Below, one piece after another: positions 1 through 8,186 of a stretch of 64,000 nt of DNA (the stretch's first letter is position 1; each line of letters begins with the position of its first letter). The stretch is from positions 1 through 64,000 of IMG/VR virus record IMGVR_UViG_3300019776_000961, one strand, 5' to 3'. A program made the translations under genes and the position numbers. The DNA comes from a virus. Under the pieces are notes generated by a model. It had not been told where the DNA came from. It searched no databases and saw only the letters and a list, made by a program, of their open reading frames with translations.

Positions 1-232
1 AATAATGAATGTTACTCTTTTCTTCTTGGCTATCTTTCTTAATAGACTCAGAATGTTCCAATGTCTTTTCTTATATCTATGAAGATAGCGATTATCGAAC
101 ACATCCCCATTTAGAATTAAATGACCATACTTTTCATTCTTTAGAACCTTGGCCAATGATTTGACCTTTGATACAGGGCTTCCTAGATGAATGTCTGAAA
201 TGACTAGAATATTGGACATCTAAACTATTTAT

Positions 233-260
233 TTGACTTTCCTCTGCTTTGCTCTATAAT
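233..260 (+). promoter_or_regulatory. sigma70-type early promoter (TTGACT-16nt-TATAAT)
   Basis: Near-consensus -35/-10 hexamers; ATG of the next ORF is 7 nt downstream. Confidence 0.7.
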
Positions 261-267
261 TCTAAAT

Positions 268-1641
268 ATGTTCAATATCTTTTCAACACCCACACGAACA
301 GAATCAGGTAATTTATACCCATCCTGGTCTTGGTCAACTGTTATTAAAGATGCTGAAGGTAAAGATGTTACTGTACAGGAGCTTATCGAGAAGTTTAATA
401 AGCTCAGTGAATCTGTAGAGCACCTTAGAGGTGAAGCAGAGAAGTTCTATGAAGAGAACAAGAAGCTCAAGGATCAGCTCAACTCTATTGAAGAAGATGG
501 AACAGAGGAGCATAATGCAGCTGTAAAACTTAGACAAGAAAATGCTCAATTAAAGATTGAGATAGACAACTGGAAAGTATGTTCTGTAAAATGGAGGGAA
601 TTATATGATGAAAAGGCAGATGCTGTAGATGAGCTTATGAAGGAAATTTTACAGTTAAGACATCTTAAAGAAGAGAATGTAAAGCTAATTGAAGAGAAAG
701 CAGCTCTTCTTGATAAAGGAGGTCTCACCTATAAGGATGCTCAGATTCAGATTATTCATAATGACTACATAAAGTGTGCTGAACAAAGAGATGAATACAA
801 ACATCAGCTCAATGCAGCTAATAAGGAGATCGAGCAACTCAAGAGATGGAAGAAGGAGCAATTGACTGTTCAGAGCTGGTGGGATAAGGTTGATAGTTAT
901 GTCAGGGATCATGATGATGCTCCTCTTGGAGGGTTTGTGGCGAATACTTGTTTGAATTTTCTTAAGGAAAGAGATGAACTGAAAGCTGAAGTTAAAAAGC
1001 TCAAGGAAGATATTATTGATTATGTAATTGAAAAAGATGATGAAGTTAATGAGCTAAAGAAGTCTCAAGACTGGAATAAATTAAACGGAGCAAAGACAGA
1101 AAAGTACTATGAGTGCAATCATTGCAAGTATAAAGTAGCTCATGATACCAATTATTGGGGAGGCTGTGGGTTCTGTAAGGATGGGCTTATGATTGAGAAA
1201 GAGGAAGAGTCTCAAAAGCAGACATATTTTCAACCAGCTCAAGATGATGCATATTATCAAGATGCTTATGCTAAAGAACCTCAAAAACACCCTATGTATC
1301 CTTTTCATTGGGGAGGATATGATAAAGTACTTTACATTGATAAGGAAATTGAGTTTAGTGCTGAAGAGCTTTTGAAGAGAGCTACTGAGTATGCAGAAAC
1401 AACAGCTGAGAATTTAGAAGAGAAGTTTGACAAGGGTGAAGATGTTCTCGATTATTTTAATAAGATTGAAGTAACTACTTCTTCTACAGACAAGTGGCAG
1501 TGCCCTTGTAATAAATGCAAAGAAAACAAAGAAGAAAAGTCTTGGGAAGAAGCTGCTTCTGATTTAGCTTTGAAAATAATAAAGCTTGAAAAACAAATAG
1601 AAGAGCTTAAAATTACAAATATATGGCAAAAGCAATCCTAG
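268..1641 (+). CDS. hypothetical coiled-coil protein with small Zn-ribbon (CxxC...CxxC)
   Basis: 457-aa ORF; heptad-rich E/K sequence; CNHC...CGFC motif. Confidence 0.6.
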   Translation: MFNIFSTPTRTESGNLYPSWSWSTVIKDAEGKDVTVQELIEKFNKLSESVEHLRGEAEKFYEENKKLKDQLNSIEEDGTEEHNAAVKLRQENAQLKIEIDNWKVCSVKWRELYDEKADAVDELMKEILQLRHLKEENVKLIEEKAALLDKGGLTYKDAQIQIIHNDYIKCAEQRDEYKHQLNAANKEIEQLKRWKKEQLTVQSWWDKVDSYVRDHDDAPLGGFVANTCLNFLKERDELKAEVKKLKEDIIDYVIEKDDEVNELKKSQDWNKLNGAKTEKYYECNHCKYKVAHDTNYWGGCGFCKDGLMIEKEEESQKQTYFQPAQDDAYYQDAYAKEPQKHPMYPFHWGGYDKVLYIDKEIEFSAEELLKRATEYAETTAENLEEKFDKGEDVLDYFNKIEVTTSSTDKWQCPCNKCKENKEEKSWEEAASDLALKIIKLEKQIEELKITNIWQKQS

Positions 1642-1850
1642 AATTTGATTTAAACGAAGAGCAATATGATTTCGAACAAGCAGTCAATGCTGGCAAATAT
1701 CGCTCTGTACTTTGGGACTTAGATCAGTTTTTGAGGTCTAAAACCAAGTACGCTGATGATAATGCAACGGAAGAACAGATTGCTGCTTATTATGAACTTC
1801 GAGATGAGCTTCATAAGCTTATGGAAGAGAATAATATAACACTCGATTAA
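1623..1850 (+). CDS. hypothetical protein
   Basis: 75-aa ORF overlapping the upstream stop, operon-like packing. Confidence 0.7.
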   Translation: MAKAILEFDLNEEQYDFEQAVNAGKYRSVLWDLDQFLRSKTKYADDNATEEQIAAYYELRDELHKLMEENNITLD

Positions 1851-1854
1851 TAAT

Positions 1855-2001
1855 ATGTTCTGGTTGATTGATAAAATTATAGACTCTATGACTTGCTTTA
1901 TGCTTGATATTGTTTCAGGGGAGAGTCATGCTCATCTCTTTAAAGAAGAGAAGGAAGTCGTAGAAAGAAAGAATAGAGATTTATATATTTGGGATTTTTA
2001 A
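1855..2001 (+). CDS. small hypothetical protein (48 aa, below ORF-track cutoff)
   Basis: Manual translation MFWLIDKIID...YIWDF; fills the gap between flanking ORFs. Confidence 0.5.
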   Translation: MFWLIDKIIDSMTCFMLDIVSGESHAHLFKEEKEVVERKNRDLYIWDF

Positions 2002-2002
2002 T

Positions 2003-2560
2003 ATGAAACCTACTGTTATTTGGCTAACAGGCTTATCGGGAGCTGGTAAGACGGCCGTAGCTAATTCTCTTTATCAATTTTATAAAAATAGTGGATATAA
2101 GGTCGGTCTTCTCGATGGTGATGTAGTTCGTGCGTCTCTAGAGAAGCCCCTCGGTTATTCTATACAGGATAGAGAGAAATTTGTCAACACTGTCACATAT
2201 ATGGCCTCTAATATGCTTTCATATCAGAGGACAGAAATCGTTATTGTTGCTGTTATTTCTCCTCTTCGTTCTATGAGAACAAGCGCCAGACATATTATAG
2301 AGACATATTGCGGTGCAAGATTTGTTGAAGTGTTTCTTGACACACCTCTTGAGATATGCGAACAACGTGATCCAAAAGGCCTCTATAAGAAAGCAAGGGC
2401 TGGTGAAATAAAGGACTTTACCGGTATTGATTCACCATATGAAGTACCAGAATTTCCGGATGTGCGCATACATCCTAAGAGTACACTCTTTGGTGAAATG
2501 ACTATAGAAAGAACTACAAAAATTATCAGAGACATAGTTGATAATCGTTCTATACTATAG
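2003..2560 (+). CDS. cysC: adenylyl-sulfate (APS) kinase
   Basis: IWLTGLSGAGKT P-loop, LLDGD, VISP, EVFLDTPLEICEQRDPKGLYKKARAGEIKDFTGIDSPYEVPE signature. Confidence 0.95.
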   Translation: MKPTVIWLTGLSGAGKTAVANSLYQFYKNSGYKVGLLDGDVVRASLEKPLGYSIQDREKFVNTVTYMASNMLSYQRTEIVIVAVISPLRSMRTSARHIIETYCGARFVEVFLDTPLEICEQRDPKGLYKKARAGEIKDFTGIDSPYEVPEFPDVRIHPKSTLFGEMTIERTTKIIRDIVDNRSIL

Positions 2561-2571
2561 TAATTATAGGT

Positions 2572-3153
2572 ATGAAAAAGGTCTTCTTACTGTCGGTATT
2601 GTTTCTTGCTTCTTGTACTTTATATACCGAAAAGCAATCAGAGGCATTGAGCCAGAATGTCTATGCAACTTCTGATTCTCTTAATAATAAGCGTGTTGAT
2701 TTGGCATACTATTATTCCAATGAGACAACAAAGCTAGTAAAGGTACCGAAGCGTCGCATACCCATTCAGCCTGTATATGAGGCGGGAGAGATTGTAAAGG
2801 ATGGACCGAAGAAAGAGAGAACGGCGGTTGTACTCGTTCCAGACAAATATAAGGGAGATAGAATTGTTGTCGTTGGTTCAACAGAGTATCAAGATCTTCT
2901 TAAAGATAGAGATATTAAGAAGCAGTTAGAAAAAGATAATGAAAATCTAAAGAAGAGTAACGAAAATACAGCAAAAGAGCTCGCCAAACAACAAGAGATG
3001 CGCGATAAAATTATAGAAAATGCAGCTACTTTACAGACAAGAGTATATAAGCTTGAAGCTGGAATTTGGAAGCGTAACGTAATTATTATTGGATTACTTG
3101 TAATTATCGTGGGCTATATCTACTTGAGAGCCAGTAGGTTCCTTCTATTTTAA
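2572..3153 (+). CDS. lipoprotein with C-terminal TM helix; unimolecular spanin-like
   Basis: Lipobox LASC (Cys15), central coiled coil, C-terminal hydrophobic helix; upstream of holin-like and lysozyme genes. Confidence 0.6.
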   Translation: MKKVFLLSVLFLASCTLYTEKQSEALSQNVYATSDSLNNKRVDLAYYYSNETTKLVKVPKRRIPIQPVYEAGEIVKDGPKKERTAVVLVPDKYKGDRIVVVGSTEYQDLLKDRDIKKQLEKDNENLKKSNENTAKELAKQQEMRDKIIENAATLQTRVYKLEAGIWKRNVIIIGLLVIIVGYIYLRASRFLLF

Positions 3154-3185
3154 GTAAAAACTATTTTTTATCCATAAATAATATT

Positions 3186-3314
3186 ATGGATAAAATCTTA
3201 AAGACCTTTATTTCTATAGCGACTTCAATCGAGGATTGGGTAACACGGAATCCTCGTGTCGCAATTTCGATTGGTCTATTTGTATTAGGCTTTATTTTAG
3301 GCCTATTGTTTTAA
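3186..3314 (+). CDS. small membrane protein (42 aa)
   Basis: MDKILKTF...GFILGLLF, one TM helix; TAAATA 5 nt upstream. Confidence 0.55.
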   Translation: MDKILKTFISIATSIEDWVTRNPRVAISIGLFVLGFILGLLF

Positions 3315-3318
3315 TCGT

Positions 3319-3429
3319 ATGTACAACGAGGATTACCAACGCAAGACCTATCTTCGCACTGCTATATATCTCTATAGTGCATTACTTGGCTATGAACTAG
3401 CTAAAGCTGTTCTATGGCATATTGGATAA
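3319..3429 (+). CDS. small hypothetical membrane protein (36 aa)
   Basis: Manual translation MYNEDYQRK...VLWHIG. Confidence 0.4.
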   Translation: MYNEDYQRKTYLRTAIYLYSALLGYELAKAVLWHIG

Positions 3430-3439
3430 ATATCTATGT

Positions 3440-3868
3440 ATGTGGCTAGACAATATTACAAGAACCCTACAAAGTGCTAGCGCTTTTCTTCAGACCGGAA
3501 AAGCACCCCCCGGTACACCTGAATATTTAAAAAGAAAGATGGAGGAAACAAATCATCTGTCTTCCAAAAAATTCTTTATTATTTTTACTTCTGTTTTGAT
3601 GCTCGGCATACTTTACTATTCGAGCGTTACAATACTATTAACAATTACTCTGCCTGAACATGTAGCAGCATTTGTTACAATATTTTCAAAAACCATAGAG
3701 ATATTTGCAATTATTATTGCTTCCTATCTTGGTGTACAGGCTGCGGTTGATTTAAGATACAATAGTAGCTCTGATGCATCAATAGAAGGTAATGTTGAAG
3801 CAATTAAAGAAGAAGTAATAGAGAATTTGACACAAAACACTAAAGACGAAGACTATACCTTAAAATGA
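3440..3868 (+). CDS. holin-like two-TM membrane protein
   Basis: Two hydrophobic helices and acidic C-tail; stop overlaps the lysozyme start; ATG 3440 preferred over TTG 3422. Confidence 0.55.
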   Translation: MWLDNITRTLQSASAFLQTGKAPPGTPEYLKRKMEETNHLSSKKFFIIFTSVLMLGILYYSSVTILLTITLPEHVAAFVTIFSKTIEIFAIIIASYLGVQAAVDLRYNSSSDASIEGNVEAIKEEVIENLTQNTKDEDYTLK

Positions 3869-4476
3869 AATCACCATCACCAGAAACACTAAATTTACTT
3901 TTCGAGTATGAGGTCGGCGGAGGCAAAACATACTATGACAAGTATCTATCTAAATTTACCTGGCCAGGTGGTGCCTCGGGTCCGACCATCGGTATCGGAG
4001 TTGATTGCGGTTATTATACAAAGGATGAATTAGCAAAAATATTCTATTTCTTAGATAATAATCAAATTAAATTAATTCAAGGTGCTAGTGGTAAAACAGG
4101 TGCTGCAGGTAAGGAGTATACAAAGACATTAAGAGAAGCAGGTATCGTTGTTTCATGGGATCAAGCAAAAGAGATCTTTGATAAACTTACCTGGCCGAAA
4201 TTTGCTAAATTAGCTGAAAAGGCATTTCCTGGACTTGATCAGCTTTGTGATAACGCATACGGTGCACTGGTATCTCTGGTCTTTAATAGAGGTACATCAA
4301 TGACAGGTGATAGTCGTTTAGAGATGAGAAATATACGCGATCTTGTTCCTAAGAAGGATTATAAGGGCATAGCAAAAGAGTTACGTAAGATGAAGCGAAT
4401 CTGGGAGGGAAAAGGGCTCGACGGATTAATAACAAGACGTGAAGCAGAAGCAAAATTAGTTGAAACGTGCGCATAA
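3865..4476 (+). CDS. endolysin, lysozyme (GH24/pesticin-like muramidase)
   Basis: YEVGG...WPGGASGPTIGIGVDCG, ALVSLVFNRG, GLITRREAEAKL motifs. Confidence 0.85.
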   Translation: MKSPSPETLNLLFEYEVGGGKTYYDKYLSKFTWPGGASGPTIGIGVDCGYYTKDELAKIFYFLDNNQIKLIQGASGKTGAAGKEYTKTLREAGIVVSWDQAKEIFDKLTWPKFAKLAEKAFPGLDQLCDNAYGALVSLVFNRGTSMTGDSRLEMRNIRDLVPKKDYKGIAKELRKMKRIWEGKGLDGLITRREAEAKLVETCA

Positions 4477-4489
4477 AGATGCGTTTTCA
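4470..4489 (+). terminator. intrinsic terminator after endolysin
   Basis: GCGCAT-AAAG-ATGCGT hairpin followed by a T run. Confidence 0.45.
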
Positions 4490-4555
4490 GTCATATATGA
4501 TTGAATTCACAATTGATGATCGTCGATAACAATATAAATAAATAAAGCGATTTAT

Positions 4556-7500
4556 ATGTCCGAAGATATCATCGATTTTTACAGAAAGGCTAATGTCGAA
4601 AAGATGTCGGATACACCTGTAAGTGTAGCGAAAGAAGAGAATGTAATTGAGCCAATTCTTGAATCTGTAGAAGAGCCGTTAAAAACTGAAATTGAGGATA
4701 CCTCTCTCAATTCATTTCTCTCCATTCTATCTGATAGTATCCAAAAAGAGAAAGAAAAAAGAACTGCAATACAGGTACAGGAAAAAGTCATCAAAGTACC
4801 TGTAGTTGTAACAGCGATCGAACCTCAGGGGATACAAGAGCCCATCGCTAATGAGACAAGTGTCATAATTGAAGGTGATCCGCTGGATAGCTTTCTTGAT
4901 AAGTTTCAAAATATTGTTAAGACTAATAAAGAGAAGAAAGTTAAAGCTACTACTCTTGAGTTCATCAACAATTTAAAAAACGGTATAACGAAAGTTGAAG
5001 AGGAAAGCAAGGAAGAGCCTGTTGTATTAGATGATAATAAAGAAGAAATTGCCCATGAGCCTATTACTACAGTAAGCGAAGAGATAGCTGATCAAGAACA
5101 AGCACCTGTTGAAAAAGAAACAAGTGAAGCAAAGCCCGGTAAAAAGTATGTCGGTGAATTAAAAGCTCTCGATAAAAAAGTAAAAAAGATAGAGAAGCCT
5201 GTAACAAAACCAAATGATATTAAGACACTAATATCACAACAAGTAGAGACACAGACAGCTAAAATTACAGATGAAGTAAAAGCATATGCGAGACGTATTC
5301 TTGATCTCGGTGGAGGTGGCGGCAGTGTAGCTCAGCAATTTGCTAACGGCGGTACAATGAAGGGCGATCTTAATGTCACCGGAAAATACCTCTCCGCTGG
5401 TGTTGAATTATCGACATTGTTCAGCACAGGCGGCGGCGGTGGCGGTACAACTGACAGGCTTGTAGCAGGTGGTGAGACTCTTATCCTTAACTCCGACGGT
5501 ACAGTATCATTACCTAATAACACACTCCGTTCACCGAACGATTTGGAATTAATTCTTGAATCAGAAAATACAACTCTTTCAGCGTTTACTCAAATTGCAC
5601 TCACACCGCACGGTTTTCTAGCTTATGATAGCGCTGGTGATTCAATAACATTCGATAGTATAAGCAATACCATTGTATTTAAAACTATAGATGAATATAC
5701 ATGGACATTAGATGATCAGGGTAATATAACAGGCCCTGATGGTACACTTACCGTTTCTGGCAATGTTGATACGACAGGTAATATTTTATCTGGCGGTAAA
5801 AACCTCGATCAGATTTTCATTACGCATGAGACAGATAGTCAGACACTTTCTTATACACCATCATCATATAGGCTTTCTATATCTAATGGTAACACTGTTT
5901 CATTATCGTCCCTGAGTAGTACGCCTACGGATCTTTCTTTCTTATCTGTTTCTGGTAATTGGAATTCGACATTTAATACAGTAAGCTCATTAAGCGGTAA
6001 TTGGAATACAGCGTATAATACAGCTACAGTATACGCTAATAATTCTGCTTCTTATGCTACAACAAGTTTTGTTAATAATAACTTCCTCAGTCTTACCGGT
6101 GGTACCGTGACAGGAAGAACAGACTTCAACGGTAACGTAACTGTTTACGGTAATTTAACAGCAACAGGTACTACAACTTTTGCAAACACTATATTCACTG
6201 TAACAAGTGCTCTCAGCGTTGTTCACATTGGCGCTGGACCTGCATTATACGTCGGTAATAATGGTACCGGTGACATCGCTTCGTTTTACGATATAGATCA
6301 AAACGTAGAAGTTTTACATATCGGTGGTATTAATAGCTCGTACCCTAATGTTGGTATTAAAACAAGCTCACCTAATAAAACATTTACAGTTGTAGGTGAA
6401 ATATCTGCTACGTCAGATATTACAACGAGCGGTAAAATTTACTCACAAGGCAACGGAAGCTCGGATCAATGGAATAGTGTTTATAGTTATGTAAGATCCA
6501 CATCAGCTACAAATAACCCAACTTATAATGCTACAAATTTTAGTAAGCTCTCAAGTCAAGCGTATACGCTAACCAATAGTACAACGGCTTCAATTGTACC
6601 TAGGTACGGTAATAATTCAGCAACAAAATGTTTTGCTAGTGTTGCTGGTGGATGCTGTAATACAGCTTCTGGTTATTTTTCACACATAGGCGGTGGTAGT
6701 GAAAATATTACTTCTAATGATTATAATTTTGTTGGTGGCGGGTATTATAATAATGCATCTGGAGGCCTAGCTGTTATTGCTGGTGGTCAAGGTAATCAAT
6801 CATCGGGATATGTTTCGTTTGTAGGCGCTGGGTATAGTAATATAGCTTCAGGTAATCTTTCAGTAGTTGGAGGCGGTGCTAGTAATACAGCATCCGGTGT
6901 TTACCCTGTTATTGCTGGTGGTCAAAGTAACACTATTTCAGGATTTTATGATCCTAGTATTTGTGGTTATAGAGGTATTAGTAACTCTATTGTTGGTGGT
7001 TCAAATAACTGTATTGTTAATAATAATTATAATGCAATTGGAGGTGGTCTGTCCAACTGTATTATAAACGTAGTAACAGAAACAAATTGCTCAAATATAG
7101 CAGGTGGATTTTACAACACTGTAACTGCTCATGCTGCTAACATTGCAGGTGGTTCGTCGAATACAGCTTCAGGCTATTACTCCAATATTGCTGGTGGTCG
7201 AAGTAACACAGTTTTTGGAGAAAATTCAAACATCGCAGGTGGTTTGTGTAACATTATTTGTAATAGTAATGTAGATACTAGTTACTCATCTGTTGTAGGT
7301 GGTACGTGTAATTCCGTTAAAAGGTTCTATTCAAGCGTTCTTGGAGGATGTAAAAATAATAACAATAGCACATATTCTTCTATTGTAGGTGGTAGAAATA
7401 ATTCATTAAGTGGTACCAACAATTTTATTCTTGGTTCTAATATATCAGTTAGTGCTAATAACTATACATTCGTTAACAATCTTTCATCTCAAGGCACGAT

Positions 7501-7633
7501 TGCAGCAACTAACATATCAATCATTCAAACACCGACAACGTTTATTAACCCTGTAACAGCTTCCGGTACCTTCTTAATAGTAAATGTCAATGGAACCAAT
7601 CAAGCAATTCAACTTTGGAACTATTCATCATAA
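4556..7633 (+). CDS. tail fibre/adhesin-like protein with acidic N-terminal extension and GGxxN beta-helix repeats
   Basis: 1025 aa; E/K-rich first ~240 aa, SGNW stalk repeats, many (I/V)xGGxxN repeats; TATAAATA upstream. Confidence 0.7.
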   Translation: MSEDIIDFYRKANVEKMSDTPVSVAKEENVIEPILESVEEPLKTEIEDTSLNSFLSILSDSIQKEKEKRTAIQVQEKVIKVPVVVTAIEPQGIQEPIANETSVIIEGDPLDSFLDKFQNIVKTNKEKKVKATTLEFINNLKNGITKVEEESKEEPVVLDDNKEEIAHEPITTVSEEIADQEQAPVEKETSEAKPGKKYVGELKALDKKVKKIEKPVTKPNDIKTLISQQVETQTAKITDEVKAYARRILDLGGGGGSVAQQFANGGTMKGDLNVTGKYLSAGVELSTLFSTGGGGGGTTDRLVAGGETLILNSDGTVSLPNNTLRSPNDLELILESENTTLSAFTQIALTPHGFLAYDSAGDSITFDSISNTIVFKTIDEYTWTLDDQGNITGPDGTLTVSGNVDTTGNILSGGKNLDQIFITHETDSQTLSYTPSSYRLSISNGNTVSLSSLSSTPTDLSFLSVSGNWNSTFNTVSSLSGNWNTAYNTATVYANNSASYATTSFVNNNFLSLTGGTVTGRTDFNGNVTVYGNLTATGTTTFANTIFTVTSALSVVHIGAGPALYVGNNGTGDIASFYDIDQNVEVLHIGGINSSYPNVGIKTSSPNKTFTVVGEISATSDITTSGKIYSQGNGSSDQWNSVYSYVRSTSATNNPTYNATNFSKLSSQAYTLTNSTTASIVPRYGNNSATKCFASVAGGCCNTASGYFSHIGGGSENITSNDYNFVGGGYYNNASGGLAVIAGGQGNQSSGYVSFVGAGYSNIASGNLSVVGGGASNTASGVYPVIAGGQSNTISGFYDPSICGYRGISNSIVGGSNNCIVNNNYNAIGGGLSNCIINVVTETNCSNIAGGFYNTVTAHAANIAGGSSNTASGYYSNIAGGRSNTVFGENSNIAGGLCNIICNSNVDTSYSSVVGGTCNSVKRFYSSVLGGCKNNNNSTYSSIVGGRNNSLSGTNNFILGSNISVSANNYTFVNNLSSQGTIAATNISIIQTPTTFINPVTASGTFLIVNVNGTNQAIQLWNYSS

Positions 7634-7652
7634 CCTATAAATAACTCTATAT

Positions 7653-8183
7653 ATGCAACCTTCGTATTTCATTCTACCAAACGGTAATTCTCTAGCAGAT
7701 ATCAAAAGAACAGGAGCTGGTACCCTTACATCGGCTATTCTCGATACTTTTTATGCAGCACAATCTGGTACTCCGGAATTTAACAAAACACTAATACCTC
7801 TTAGCAGCGAGCCTGTTGGCCAGGCTTGTGCAATTGTACGCGACCCCATCGATCGTTTTATTAGCTCATACGCTTTCATTACCATTAATACTCTATTGCA
7901 GCTTTCTGTTGATAATGTTATCGATCAGATTGAGCGACAAGATAACGTCAATCCGTTCTTTATACCACAGACAACGACCATTGGATCATTTAGCGGTGTT
8001 AAATATTATGATTTTGCTAAAGGTCTCGATCCTGTTTCGGTAGATCTAGGTCTCCCGGTACCAGCAGCAACATATTTTGAGCCAAGTCTTTCTGCAAAAC
8101 CGACATTAACACAAGTGCAAATTGATCGCTTGAATGTTATCTATGCTGCAGATTTAAGCTTATACGCATCAATCTCCTCGTAA
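7653..8183 (+). CDS. sulfotransferase-like protein (Sulfotransfer_2-type, divergent)
   Basis: KRTGAGTLT resembles the 5'-PSB loop; IVRDPIDRFISSY matches the 3'-PB motif; C-terminal IYAADLSLY. Confidence 0.65.
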   Translation: MQPSYFILPNGNSLADIKRTGAGTLTSAILDTFYAAQSGTPEFNKTLIPLSSEPVGQACAIVRDPIDRFISSYAFITINTLLQLSVDNVIDQIERQDNVNPFFIPQTTTIGSFSGVKYYDFAKGLDPVSVDLGLPVPAATYFEPSLSAKPTLTQVQIDRLNVIYAADLSLYASISS

Positions 8184-8186
8184 TAT

